Source of the DNA: a bacterium
GTDB taxonomy: Bacteria; Patescibacteriota; Patescibacteriia; HK-STAS-PATE-3
Direction: 5' to 3'
NCBI GenBank assembly: GCA_043800725.1
Contig: JAZDMR010000011.1
Location: forward strand, 21,369-85,368
Length of the DNA: 64,000 nucleotides
Shown here: one piece after another, positions 40,333 to 50,808 of the stretch
Layout: each line of letters starts with the position of its first letter
How positions within the stretch are numbered: position 1 is the first letter of the stretch
Notes under the pieces: model-generated
What the model was told of the DNA's origin: nothing
Databases searched by the model: none
The model's input: the letters and a program-made list of their open reading frames with translations, nothing else
Program-made: the position numbers and the translations under genes

Positions 40333-40842
40333 ATGAAGTGTCCGGTTTGCCATTATAAAGACAGTAAGGTAATTGATTCGCGCTTAGCAACAGATGGATT
40401 TGCCATAAGAAGGCGCAGAGAGTGCCATAAATGCACTTTTCGCTTCTCTACCTACGAAGAGGTAGAATTACTCAACCTGACTGTGCTAAAAAGAGATGGT
40501 CGCAGGGAGTCCTATATCAGATCTAAGCTGGAAAGCGGCCTAAAAAAGGCATTTGAGAAGCGCCCAATCACAACCGAGGAGCTAACCAGGCTAATTAACA
40601 GAATAGAGAGGGATATTCAGAAAAAGGGCGGCAAAAAAAGCAGTCAGGAAGTAAAAACTAGCGAAATTGGTGAGATCATTATGCGTCATTTAAAGCGGGT
40701 TGATCCTGTTGCTTACATTCGTTTTGCGTCTGTTTATCGGTCATTCAAGGATGCTGAAACTTTCCAAAAAGAGCTGAAAGTACTGGTTAAAACCCCGAAA
40801 ACTAATAAAGACCGGCACCAAAAAATCCGGAAGAAGAAATAA
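40333..40842 (+). CDS. nrdR: Transcriptional repressor NrdR
   Basis: MKCPVC, VIDSR, IRRRRECHKC, ATP cone, VAYIRFASVY. Confidence 0.98.
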   Translation: MKCPVCHYKDSKVIDSRLATDGFAIRRRRECHKCTFRFSTYEEVELLNLTVLKRDGRRESYIRSKLESGLKKAFEKRPITTEELTRLINRIERDIQKKGGKKSSQEVKTSEIGEIIMRHLKRVDPVAYIRFASVYRSFKDAETFQKELKVLVKTPKTNKDRHQKIRKKK

Positions 40843-40874
40843 TAATTAAAACAATCATCGAAAGGACTATAAAC

Positions 40875-43814
40875 ATGCGGTCGTCCGAGCCAGAAATTCA
40901 GCCAAAATCTCTCCCCTCAAAATCAAACCAGAGCACCAATGACGCTTTGTTGGAAAAGTTATTGGAGCAATCGCCCAAACGTAATGGAGAGAATAAAGGC
41001 TTATCCTGGCAAAGGTTTTTTTCGCGCGGCAATGTCCATCCTTTTGACGAGATTCAGTGGGAAAAAAGAACCGCAGTAATCACTGATGCCAATGGCAAGG
41101 TGGTTTTTGAGCAGAAAGACATCGAAGTGCCTAATTTTTGGTCGCAGAACGCTACCAATATTGTGGCGTCCAAGTATTTTTATGGCGATTCGGAAAAAGG
41201 CCAAAGAGAGCAATCGGTCCGCTCCCTGATTGACCGAGTTACCCAGACGATAACCGACTGGGGCAAAGAAGATAATTATTTTATAAGCGAGTCAGATGCC
41301 AAGATATTTTATGACGAACTGACTTGGCTGATTACCCATCAATATTTGACATTCAATAGTCCGGTCTGGTTTAACTGCGGCGTACACCGTTATGATCGCG
41401 GTTCTGGCGCCGGACGCTGGTATTGGAATAAAAACAAAGGCATTGTAGAGCTGGCTGAAGATGATTACATTCATCCTCAATGTTCAGCCTGCTTTATTTT
41501 ATCGGTTGAAGATTCAATGGATTCGATTCTGAATCTGTCTAAGACCGAAGGCATGATTTTTAAATTCGGATCAGGCGCAGGTTCCAATTTATCGCCGATT
41601 CGCTCCTCTCGGGAAAGGCTATCTGGCGGCGGAACTGCTTCCGGTCCGGTTTCTTTTATGAAAGGCTATGATGCGTTTGCCGGAGTAATTAAATCAGGCG
41701 GTAAAACGCGCCGGGCTGCCAAGATGACCATACTTAATATTGAACATCCGGATATAACTGATTTTATATTATCAAAATCAAAAGAAGAGGAAAAAGCCTG
41801 GGCATTGATTGATGCGGGTTATGACGGAGCGATTGATGGAGAGGCTTATGGTTCAATATTCTACCAAAATGCTAACCACAGTGTCCGAGTTACCGATGAA
41901 TTCATGAAGGCAGTTGAAAACGATGCTCACTGGCAGACTCGATCTGTTCAGGGTGGTGAAGTGGTTGATACTTATAAGGCCCCAGAACTGCTGCGTATGA
42001 TGGCAGAAGCCACTCACAAGTGCGGAGATCCAGGACTTCAATTTGATAGCATTATTAATGACTGGCATACTTGCATTAATACCGACCGCATTCATGCTTC
42101 CAATCCGTGTTCAGAGTATATGTTTCTAAATAATACTGCCTGCAATTTAGCTTCCATTAATTTGCTCAAGTACCGGACCAAGGATGGCGAATTTGATTAT
42201 GAGAAGTTCCGACAGTCAACCAAGGTGCTGATTACAGCTATGGAAATAATAGTTGATAATGCCAGCTATCCTACCAAGGAAATTGCTCAGAGCAGCCACA
42301 TCTTTCGTGCTCTGGGTATTGGTTATGCTAATTTGGGAGCATTACTCATGTCTTTGGGTTTGCCTTATGACAGCAATGAAGGTCGTGCTTACGCCGCAGT
42401 AATTACGGCTTTATTGACTGGCCAAGCCTATTCTCAGTCAGCCCTGATTTCTGAGCAGACCGGTCCATTTCCAGGCTATGCGGAAAATAAAGAACCAACC
42501 CTAAGAGTTATACAGAAGCATCGGGATGCGGTTAAAGGGATCAATCAGAAGCTGATTCCTAGCGGAATGTGGGAATCGGCTAGAGATGTTTGGGATGAAG
42601 CAGTTGAGTTAAGCGCCAAACATGGCTTACGCAATGCTCAAACATCATTATTAGCCCCTACTGGCACGATTGCTTTCATGATGGATTGTGATACGACCGG
42701 CGTTGAGCCAGACATTGCCTTGGTTAAGTATAAGAAGTTGGTCGGCGGCGGCTACATGAAAATGGTTAATATGACCGTGCCTTTGGCTCTTAATCGGTTA
42801 GGCTACACTGATACTCAGATCGAGGAAATCAAGACTTTTATTGATTCCAACGACACCATTGAGGGAGCGCCTCATTTGAAGGATGAGGATTTAGCGGTTT
42901 TTGATTGCGCTTTCACGGCAAAAAACGGCAAACGCACCATTCATCATATGGGACACATCAAAATGATGGGCGCAGTCCAGCCATTTTTATCCGGAGCAAT
43001 TTCCAAGACCGTAAACATGCCTACTGAATCGACAGTCGAGGATATTATGGATGCCTATATTCAGGGCTGGAAGTTGGGCTTGAAAGCTTTGGCTATATAC
43101 CGCGATGGGTCGAAGAGAACCCAGCCCCTAAATACCGCCGTATCTGACGATAGTAAAAAAATAAGTGATAAAAAAGGAACTGCTGAACCGAAACCCTACC
43201 GGCATCGCCTGCCTGATGAGCGTCAATCAATCACTCATAAATTTGAAATAGCCGGACACGAGGGCTATATCACTGTCGGCTTGTATCCCGAAGGACAGCC
43301 CGGTGAATTGTTTATCACTATGAGCAAAGAAGGCAGCACCTTATCGGGCATTATGGATTCATTTGCCACCTCTATCTCCCTGAATCTGCAATACGGAGTG
43401 CCCTTGAAAATATTAGTAAAGAAGTTCACGCATCAAAGATATGAACCAGCCGGCTTTACCCGAAACCCAGACATACCAATAGTCAAATCGATTACGGATT
43501 ATATTTTTCGATGGCTGGCAATAAAATTCCTAGACCCCAATGAGGCGGCTGAAGTGCACAATAGAACTTTGGTTGATCAAAGCAATGGCTTATCGTTGTC
43601 AGCTAATCAGGATGCCAAAACAGCTGAAGCAACTACCAAGACGGCCAGACCGCTAACCGAAGAAGGCACTGATATTCAGGGTATTCAGCTGGAACTAGCC
43701 ACTATCCAGAATCAGACAGACGCTCCGCCTTGCGATTTTTGCGGGGCTATCATGGTTCGTGGCGGTTCATGCTACAAGTGTTTGGAGTGCGGCAATACCA
43801 GCGGCTGTTCTTAA
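40875..43814 (+). CDS. nrdJ: Vitamin B12-dependent (class II) ribonucleotide reductase
   Basis: FNSPVWFN, QCSACF, SNPCSE, APTGTI, ISKTVN, C-terminal TSCPD-like domain and Zn ribbon ending TSGCS. Confidence 0.96.
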   Translation: MRSSEPEIQPKSLPSKSNQSTNDALLEKLLEQSPKRNGENKGLSWQRFFSRGNVHPFDEIQWEKRTAVITDANGKVVFEQKDIEVPNFWSQNATNIVASKYFYGDSEKGQREQSVRSLIDRVTQTITDWGKEDNYFISESDAKIFYDELTWLITHQYLTFNSPVWFNCGVHRYDRGSGAGRWYWNKNKGIVELAEDDYIHPQCSACFILSVEDSMDSILNLSKTEGMIFKFGSGAGSNLSPIRSSRERLSGGGTASGPVSFMKGYDAFAGVIKSGGKTRRAAKMTILNIEHPDITDFILSKSKEEEKAWALIDAGYDGAIDGEAYGSIFYQNANHSVRVTDEFMKAVENDAHWQTRSVQGGEVVDTYKAPELLRMMAEATHKCGDPGLQFDSIINDWHTCINTDRIHASNPCSEYMFLNNTACNLASINLLKYRTKDGEFDYEKFRQSTKVLITAMEIIVDNASYPTKEIAQSSHIFRALGIGYANLGALLMSLGLPYDSNEGRAYAAVITALLTGQAYSQSALISEQTGPFPGYAENKEPTLRVIQKHRDAVKGINQKLIPSGMWESARDVWDEAVELSAKHGLRNAQTSLLAPTGTIAFMMDCDTTGVEPDIALVKYKKLVGGGYMKMVNMTVPLALNRLGYTDTQIEEIKTFIDSNDTIEGAPHLKDEDLAVFDCAFTAKNGKRTIHHMGHIKMMGAVQPFLSGAISKTVNMPTESTVEDIMDAYIQGWKLGLKALAIYRDGSKRTQPLNTAVSDDSKKISDKKGTAEPKPYRHRLPDERQSITHKFEIAGHEGYITVGLYPEGQPGELFITMSKEGSTLSGIMDSFATSISLNLQYGVPLKILVKKFTHQRYEPAGFTRNPDIPIVKSITDYIFRWLAIKFLDPNEAAEVHNRTLVDQSNGLSLSANQDAKTAEATTKTARPLTEEGTDIQGIQLELATIQNQTDAPPCDFCGAIMVRGGSCYKCLECGNTSGCS

Positions 43815-43850
43815 ACCACTCCCAGCCTCTCATTTCATAAGGAGGGGAGC

Positions 43851-44423
43851 TTGGTTGTTTCGCAACGCTATTTAATCTCAACGATTTTGAAAAAAAGTCT
43901 AAAAGGATTAACAATTGTATATGTTGGCCAAGGCAAAGGTAAGACCACGGCCGCGGTTGGTTTGGCTGTTCGAGCCCGAGGCTGGGGCCAGCGAGTTCTG
44001 TTTTTACAGTTTATCAAAGAAGCCAAGTGGCCCTCGGGCGAACGAGCTATGCTCAAGAAGCTGGGCGTTCATGTTTGGGTAATGGGCCAAGGCTTTGTCA
44101 GGATTTTAAACGACCAGAAGCCTTTTACTGTTCATAAACAAGCTGCTCGTCAGGCGCTTAAGAAAGCCCAAGAAGCCATTCGTGGAAAATATTATGATGT
44201 TGTGATTTTGGATGAAGCAATATCTGCAATTGAAGAAAGGCTGATTACACAAACTGATATCGTCCGATTAATAACCAAAAAGCGGCCCAAGATCACCCTG
44301 GTATTAACCGGCCATACTGTCTATCCCATGATTATGAAAAAAGCCGACCTGATCACGAACATGAAAAAGATTAAACATCCGTTTGATAATGGTATAATGG
44401 CTAAGAAAGGGATTGATTTTTAA
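43851..44423 (+). CDS. cobO: Cob(I)alamin adenosyltransferase (CobA/CobO/BtuR)
   Basis: GQGKGKTTAAVG, QFIK, ILDE, LVLTG, KHPF...GIDF. Confidence 0.93.
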   Translation: MVVSQRYLISTILKKSLKGLTIVYVGQGKGKTTAAVGLAVRARGWGQRVLFLQFIKEAKWPSGERAMLKKLGVHVWVMGQGFVRILNDQKPFTVHKQAARQALKKAQEAIRGKYYDVVILDEAISAIEERLITQTDIVRLITKKRPKITLVLTGHTVYPMIMKKADLITNMKKIKHPFDNGIMAKKGIDF

Positions 44424-44434
44424 AGGTCATTTTT

Positions 44435-44845
44435 ATGCCCCAAGAGCAATTTATTTCAATTCGCGCAATTATCACATACGGCAACAAGATCCTGCTGGTC
44501 CGAGAATCCAAGGATTATACCGATGGAACCAATCCTGGAAAATGGGATGTACCGGGCGGCCGGGTGTCTTTGGGTGAAAAGCCCTATGATGCACTGCAGC
44601 GGGAGGTTAAAGAAGAAGTAGGATTGGATATTGAAGTAGGGCGGCCCGTTTGGGTGGATGATTTTCGGCCTACTATTGAGGGTTTTACCAGACACATTGT
44701 GGTGGTTTATGTGGCGTGCAGCAGCAAATCAGACAAGGTAGTTTTAAGCGAGGTGCATGATGGATTCAAATGGCTGACCAAGGCCGAAGCTGTAAAACTA
44801 CCTTTGATGGACTCAGTAGCTCGGGCTTTGGCAGCCTTGGATTAA
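44435..44845 (+). CDS. NUDIX hydrolase
   Basis: Nudix box GGRVSLGEKPYDALQREVKEEVG. Confidence 0.93.
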   Translation: MPQEQFISIRAIITYGNKILLVRESKDYTDGTNPGKWDVPGGRVSLGEKPYDALQREVKEEVGLDIEVGRPVWVDDFRPTIEGFTRHIVVVYVACSSKSDKVVLSEVHDGFKWLTKAEAVKLPLMDSVARALAALD

Positions 44846-44900
44846 AAAAGTAAAGGGCATTAAAAAGGGAATTGATTATTAATTTAAAAAGGATTTTCAT

Positions 44901-45317
44901 ATGCCAGGCGAAATATCTACCCCACCTGAGGCAAGACTCTCACAAGAAACAAATAACGAAAAAGGACCTGAACAATATGCCAACTTTTGGGCGTCATTAA
45001 CTATCCAAGAGCAGCAATTAGCTGAAGCGCTGTTAAACAGACAAGTCCCAAATAGTGATACTGCGTATATGGAAAAGGATCTGGACCCGGAAAAAGTAAA
45101 ACATTTGACCTTAGTTGATCTTGGGAGCGAATTTAATGCCGTTGCCACGACAATTACTCGCGGCATTGGAACAAGCGTACGGGTAGAAGGCAGTGATGAG
45201 CCAGTCTTGGTTGATAAAGAAAATTGGCGTGAATACGGCCCTAGGGGCAAGTGGGCGTCAGACTGGATGCCACATCTTGAATCATTGAAGCAAAAAATAG
45301 AAGCTTTTTTAGTGTGA
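44901..45317 (+). CDS. Hypothetical protein
   Basis: SD AAGGA; plausible soluble ORF co-oriented with the operon. Confidence 0.6.
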   Translation: MPGEISTPPEARLSQETNNEKGPEQYANFWASLTIQEQQLAEALLNRQVPNSDTAYMEKDLDPEKVKHLTLVDLGSEFNAVATTITRGIGTSVRVEGSDEPVLVDKENWREYGPRGKWASDWMPHLESLKQKIEAFLV

Positions 45318-45374
45318 ATACTTGGATTTGACGAATACAGCTGACTTGAGTTAAGATGCAAACCTGACAATTTA

Positions 45375-45530
45375 TTAAATGGGAAAGGAGTGCAATTCTC
45401 CTGCGGTCCCGCCGCCGTACAGCCGGCCCCCAGTCCCGACGTAAAGTCGGGACAAAGATAAATCCTTCGTGGAGAGGTTGGCCGTATGATTAAGGGCCGA
45501 TTTCCTCCATGTTGATTGGGGGGATGTTTA
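45375..45530 (+). promoter_or_regulatory. Cobalamin riboswitch (compact aptamer)
   Basis: AATGGGAA-AGGAG-TGCAATT-CTCCT-GCGGTCCCGCCGCCGTA resembles the GGGAA, T-loop and P5 core; lies upstream of putative B12-uptake genes. Confidence 0.75.
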
Positions 45531-45553
45531 TTATTTAAGTAATGACTAATCAT

Positions 45554-46027
45554 ATGTCTGACAAAAAATTCACCCGACTTCATGGCTGGCTAGCCGCCGT
45601 AATGGTGGTTGCCGCAATTATTACCGGCAGCTTTGTTCGCATGTCGAACTCGGTCGGCGATAATATTAATAACGACCTGCTAATAAAAAGACCGGCGGTA
45701 TTAGGCGCCGCGGCGATTGAGGGGCCGGCTGCCCACCTGGTAGTTGCTTTAGAAGAAAGGCCATTTATTGATAATGATTATGCTTTGGAAGATGATGATA
45801 CCATCTATAGCTTTTTGGATCGCGTGATACAGGAAAGAGAGGGCTTAACTTTTCAGACTAAACAGTATGATTTTGGTAAGCTTATTACCAATGTGGCTGA
45901 TTTTGAAAACGGCAATGAAGGCTACTACTGGCTTTACTCTGTCAATGGAGAAGACGCCAATGTCAGCATTGATAATTATATTTTGGAGGGTGGCGAGTTG
46001 ATTGAGCTGCGCTATGCGCCAAGCTGA
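45554..46027 (+). CDS. DUF4430/transcobalamin-like domain membrane protein
   Basis: TM anchor; 'FGKLITNV...YWLYSVNG...Y.L..GELIELRY'. Confidence 0.8.
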   Translation: MSDKKFTRLHGWLAAVMVVAAIITGSFVRMSNSVGDNINNDLLIKRPAVLGAAAIEGPAAHLVVALEERPFIDNDYALEDDDTIYSFLDRVIQEREGLTFQTKQYDFGKLITNVADFENGNEGYYWLYSVNGEDANVSIDNYILEGGELIELRYAPS

Positions 46028-46605
46028 TGCTTAAAAAGAATAAAACAATTATTGCTGTTGTTTTTGTAGTGTTTGGCGTTTTATTGCGGCTAGTTCCACA
46101 TCCGGCTAACATGACCCCGATAGCTGCGGTTGCTTTATTTGCCGGTGTCTACCTTAGCCGGCGTTGGTCAATGATTATCCCCATGGCCATTATGATGATA
46201 AGCGACCTGCTAATGAGCTTTGCTTTTTTTCGTAACCTGATTCCCTGGGGCGCGAATGGTGCAGGCTGGCATAATTTGGCTCCGATAGTTTGGCTGTGCT
46301 TTGCCTTGGTTGGCTTGATCGGCTGGTGGGTGGCCAAGCATAAGTCAGCCAAGAATATTCTTCTGGGAAGCTTAGCAGGCTCAGTGGTATTTTACCTGGT
46401 TACTAATTGGGCGGTCTGGGCCTTTGGGACAATGTATCCGGCCAATTTTGCCGGCTTGCTGGAATCCTATACCATGGCTCTGCCCTTTTTCCGCAACAGC
46501 CTGGTGGGCAATATTGCTTATACTACAGTGCTTTTTGGTCTCTATGAATCCGTCCCAGTATTTGGTAAAATGAGGAAGCGTAAAGAAATCACCGTTAGCA
46601 ATTAG
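46027..46605 (+). CDS. DUF6580-like membrane protein (ECF S-component-like), probable corrinoid transporter
   Basis: RLVPHPANMTPIAAVALFAG, FYLVTN, YTMALPFFRN; multi-TM. Confidence 0.75.
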   Translation: MLKKNKTIIAVVFVVFGVLLRLVPHPANMTPIAAVALFAGVYLSRRWSMIIPMAIMMISDLLMSFAFFRNLIPWGANGAGWHNLAPIVWLCFALVGLIGWWVAKHKSAKNILLGSLAGSVVFYLVTNWAVWAFGTMYPANFAGLLESYTMALPFFRNSLVGNIAYTTVLFGLYESVPVFGKMRKRKEITVSN

Positions 46606-46607
46606 TA

Positions 46608-47489
46608 ATGCCTGAATACCAGCGATACTATCGCTATCAAGACAAAGGCTCGGTTACCAATTCCAAACTCGTCCGTTGGCTGGTTTATATAATTGTTTTA
46701 TTTGTGATAATTTTATTGATCCGCGCTTGTTTGGGCGGTGGCGGAAAGCAGACAGAGGGCGAGCTAACCAATGAATCAACAGAGGCTGAACAGGTAACGG
46801 ATGAAAATAGTAATACTAACAGCAGCGATCAGGAAACAGATACTAAAGCCAGTATTGCCACAGTAGAATCGTTTGATGTGGCCAGTCAGTGCGACGGTAT
46901 TATTTCGCTTTATGGCAGCGAGCCAAAAATTGCTTTGACTTTTGGCGGACGCGGCTCCGGCGCCAATGTTGATGAAATACTTAAAATTTTAAGCGATTCA
47001 GGCGTGCCAGGCAGCTTTTTCTTTACCGGGGTATTTGCCAGAAATAATCCTGAGGTGGTGACCAAGATCAATCAAGCCGGTTTTCGGGTTTATAACCAAA
47101 GCGATTCTCATCCTGACTTTGAAGATTTGACAGAAGATGAGATGTTGCAGGAGCTTGAGCTGGCCGATGAAGAAATCAGTAAATTAACGGGCTTGACCAC
47201 CAAACCTTTCTTCCGCCCACCCTACGGCTCGGTAACTGAAGCGATCGCTGATGTGGTTATTTCAGCCGGGTATTGTTCAGTCACCTGGACAGTCGACGCG
47301 TTAGATTGGAGTTCGGGCGTGGCCAGTAGCGAAGTATATGACCGGGTCATGGAACGCGCCCAGGACGGAGCGATTGTTTTGATGCATATCGGCAGTGATC
47401 CATTGCCCAGCGCATTGCCCGACATTATCACTGACTTAAGAACAGAGGGGTACGAACTAGTCAGCCTGGCTGATTTAGTCGGTTCATAA
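46608..47489 (+). CDS. Polysaccharide deacetylase (NodB) family protein
   Basis: IALTF, FRPPYG, WTVDALDW, GAIVLMH; catalytic TFDD is TFGG here. Confidence 0.85.
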   Translation: MPEYQRYYRYQDKGSVTNSKLVRWLVYIIVLFVIILLIRACLGGGGKQTEGELTNESTEAEQVTDENSNTNSSDQETDTKASIATVESFDVASQCDGIISLYGSEPKIALTFGGRGSGANVDEILKILSDSGVPGSFFFTGVFARNNPEVVTKINQAGFRVYNQSDSHPDFEDLTEDEMLQELELADEEISKLTGLTTKPFFRPPYGSVTEAIADVVISAGYCSVTWTVDALDWSSGVASSEVYDRVMERAQDGAIVLMHIGSDPLPSALPDIITDLRTEGYELVSLADLVGS

Positions 47490-47633
47490 AGAGTTATTGT
47501 GCGCCCAACCACAAAGGCGAAGATGACCATCTTCGCCTGCGTTAAGTTATACTTGCCCAAAACATCCCTCGCAGGAGAAAAAAGGGACGCCTAGCAAGAG
47601 TGTCCCTTGAGTTTATCGATCTATGAAGGATCG

Positions 47634-47888
47634 TTATGGTTGAGCTATTTCTTTTTTCGATTTTACCACCGTGCCCTGAGGAAAATTGTTTAGGCACGAT
47701 GCTCGGATAAACCAATTTGAGCTGTCAGTAGGCCTGAAAGGGCTCGAGGATACAGTTACATCAGTTCTCTTACCAACTCGAATTATATCTCCAAGACAAA
47801 CTTGTACATTCGAGTCGAGTTTAACTGTGACTTCGCGACCGTTTGAACTTGTCACTGTCCCGATCCGACTATACACATATTCTGCCAT
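47634..47888 (-). CDS. Small hypothetical protein, stand-alone cassette
   Basis: SD AAGGAGG; TTGACA at 47966-61; downstream GGGACAC/GCGTCCC-T7 terminator. Confidence 0.65.
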   Translation of the reverse strand: MAEYVYSRIGTVTSSNGREVTVKLDSNVQVCLGDIIRVGKRTDVTVSSSPFRPTDSSNWFIRASCLNNFPQGTVVKSKKEIAQP

Positions 47889-48083
47889 ACAGCCTCCTTG
47901 GGTTAAAAAAGTGCAAACTATTATTACTTCTAGGCTAGATTTAACTCAGATGAATAATCTTGTCAATAATATTGGCAGAAAATGTAAGAAAAGCGCTGGC
48001 CGGGTTGTAGTATTATTATGGCTATCAGGCGATTATCAGTTGTCTTGACATTAAGTGTTTTTTAAAATATCCTTTTTAAATGT

Positions 48084-49328
48084 ATGGAGGAAAATAAATC
48101 AATGCCTAATCCAGAAAAAACCACTATCCATCCCGGTTCGATTTCGACAGGGTTCATTTCAGTGGTTATTATTATTAGTCTTTTAATTGGTGCGATATCC
48201 GGGGCGGTGTTTGGCGTTTTTGCAGCCAATGGCGATCTAGACAGCTATTTACCCGGCTCATTGGTAAAATCCAGCAATTCATCAAAAGCGGTAAGCGAAC
48301 AAACAGTTCAATTGGCAGAAGAGTCGGCTACGGTAGACGTGGTTGATTTGGTAGGCCCTTCGGTAGTCAGCATAATAGGCACCCAGGATTTAAGTAAGAT
48401 TTCCCAGCAAAATGATTTCTTTGGCGATTTTTTCGGATTTTCAGTTCCTCAGGGGGGCGAACGGCAGGTTAGCGGAGGAAGCGGTTTTATTGTTTCCAGC
48501 GATGGCTTGATTCTGACCAACAAGCACGTGGTTGATCAGGATAATATTGATTATTCAGTAGTGCTTAATGACGGGACCAGCGTTGAAGCCCAAGTGCTGG
48601 CCAAGGATCCCAGTCTGGATTTGGCTCTCATTAAAGTAGATAAAACCGGCTTGCCAGTTGTTAAGTTAGGCGATTCAGACAATATTCAAGTGGGACAGAC
48701 TGTTATCGCCATTGGCAACGCCTTGGGCCGTTATCAAAACACAGTTACCAAAGGAGTCGTTTCAGGATTATCACGGACGATTGAAGCAGGCGATGGTATG
48801 GGCCAAAGCGAACTAATCGAAAATACCATTCAAACAGACGCGGCTATTAATTCAGGAAATTCAGGCGGACCTTTACTTAATATTTCAGGTGAAGTAATCG
48901 GAGTTAACACAGCCGTATCCACCCAGGGCCAATTAATCGGCTTTGCCCTGCCGATCAACGCGGCTAAGAATGATATTGAGAGCGTTCAGGAAACTGGCAA
49001 AATTATACGGCCGTTTATGGGAATTCGTTATACCATAATTACGGATGAAGTGCAGGAAGCTAATGATTTGTCGGTAGATCATGGCGCCATTTTAGTCCGC
49101 GGAGATTCAGTTAGTGAGCTAGCCGTAATCCCTGGTAGTCCGGCTGATAAAGCTGGTCTGGAAGAAAACGATATTTTATTAGAAATTGATGGAGTGCAAA
49201 TTTCCGAGGACAACAGTATTACTAGTATTTTATCTGAGTATCGGCCAAACGACGTGGTTAGCCTGAAGGTTTTACATGACGGTGAGGAAAAAACAGTAGA
49301 GCTGACTTTGGGGGAACGGGAAGGGTAG
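48084..49328 (+). CDS. htrA: HtrA/DegP-like serine protease with PDZ domain
   Basis: GSGF, TNKHVV, IQTDAAINSGNSGGPL, GSPADKAGL. Confidence 0.95.
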   Translation: MEENKSMPNPEKTTIHPGSISTGFISVVIIISLLIGAISGAVFGVFAANGDLDSYLPGSLVKSSNSSKAVSEQTVQLAEESATVDVVDLVGPSVVSIIGTQDLSKISQQNDFFGDFFGFSVPQGGERQVSGGSGFIVSSDGLILTNKHVVDQDNIDYSVVLNDGTSVEAQVLAKDPSLDLALIKVDKTGLPVVKLGDSDNIQVGQTVIAIGNALGRYQNTVTKGVVSGLSRTIEAGDGMGQSELIENTIQTDAAINSGNSGGPLLNISGEVIGVNTAVSTQGQLIGFALPINAAKNDIESVQETGKIIRPFMGIRYTIITDEVQEANDLSVDHGAILVRGDSVSELAVIPGSPADKAGLEENDILLEIDGVQISEDNSITSILSEYRPNDVVSLKVLHDGEEKTVELTLGEREG

Positions 49329-49338
49329 TTTATTGGCC

Positions 49339-49455
49339 CGCACCGTTGCAGTCACTGCGAGCTTCGCGAAGCAGTCTCGTTACTATTCGGTAACTGGATT
49401 GCTACACCCCGATGTAAGTCGGGGCTCGCAATGACTGCATGTAGATTACGGTGCG
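49339..49455. repeat. REP/MITE-like element
   Basis: CGCACCGT...ACGGTGCG ends; GTCACTGCGAG/CTCGCAATGAC stem; CCCCGATGTAAGTCGGGG. Confidence 0.7.
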
Positions 49456-49505
49456 AAGTTATTTAAATTGCCTTGGATAATTAATTGTGTTACTGTCGTT
49501 GTGTT

Positions 49506-50577
49506 ATGACAGATATTGAAAGTCGACTTGAGGAATTAAGGAAGCGAGTGGCCTCCAGCCGGGGGTTTCTTTGACCTGGAGGTAAAGCGCAACAAGCTAG
49601 CCGGCCTGGAGACTGATATGAACAGAGAGGATTTTTGGTTTGATCAGGAATCGGCTAAACAAAAAAGCCAAGAATTTACCGAGCTGAAAAACGAATTAGC
49701 TGATTGGGACACGATTTCCGATGAAGTCACCGCTTTATTGGAATTGGCGCTGGAGTCTGAAGATGACAATGAACTGGAAGACCAGACGGATGATTTGGAA
49801 AAAAGGTTTGCTAAGCTGGAATTCACCCTGATGCTGAGCAAGCCCTATGACGAGAACAGCGCCACCTTGGCAATACATGCCGGGGCGGGAGGCACTGATG
49901 CCCAAGATTGGGCTGAAATGCTTAAGCGCATGTATTTGCGATACTTTGAATCCAAAGGCTGGACCGCCAAGATTTTGGATGAATCGCGAGGCGGGGAAGC
50001 CGGTATTAAAAGCGTGACTATCGAAGTTGTTGGGCGATACGCTTACGGCTACTTAAAAGCCGAAGCGGGAGTGCATCGCTTGGTGCGCATCTCGCCCTTT
50101 GACGCGGAAAAAATGCGCCATACTTCTTTCGCCCTAGTGGAAGTAATCCCCGACTTTGGCGAATTGCCGGAAATCAAGCTGGATGAAAAAGATTTGAAAA
50201 TAGAAACGTCCACTGCTTCCGGCCATGGCGGGCAAAGCGTCAATACCACCTATTCAGCCATACGGATTGTTCATTTGCCCACCAAGATTACCGTTTCCTG
50301 TCAAAATGAGCGTTCGCAAAAGCAGAACATGGAAACGGCCTTTAAAATACTTAAGCATAAGCTCCAGGTACGGCGTTTGATTGAGCAAGAAGCCAAGAAA
50401 AAAGAGTTGCGCGGAGAGTTTCATTCAGCCGAGTGGGGCAGTCAGATCCGGTCCTATGTGCTCCATCCTTATAAAATGGTCAAGGACCATCGAACCAAGT
50501 TTGAAAATGATAATCCGCAGGATGTTTTGGATGGCAATATTGAGCCGTTTATTGAAGCGTATTTGAAGAAGAAATAG
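49506..50577 (+). CDS. prfB: Peptide chain release factor 2 with programmed +1 frameshift
   Basis: MTDIE...GFL then GGGGGT-TT-CTT-TGA-C (49561-75); the +1 frame joins ORF 49618..50577 with SPF and GGQ motifs. Confidence 0.97.
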
Positions 50578-50580
50578 GCA

Positions 50581-50729
50581 CCGCACTGTACCCGTATCTC
50601 TGAGCAACGCGAAGAGTCTCCATTTAACATGTTTGCCAATTGGCCACCGCAAGGCGGGGTCCCGCTTCAAAATATTGAAAACTGATGACGCGGGAAGATC
50701 CCGAATCAAGCCTGAGGATGACAGTGCGG
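50581..50729. repeat. REP/MITE-like element
   Basis: Inverted ends CCGCACTGT/ACAGTGCGG; shares CGTATCTCTGAGCAACGCGAAGAGTCTC with 55128-55155. Confidence 0.75.
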
Positions 50730-50808
50730 GGGGGTAATTGACAAAGCAAACCAGGTTGTCTAAAGTTGGGACGAATCTGTTGATTTTGGTGATAACCCAG
50801 GAGGATAG

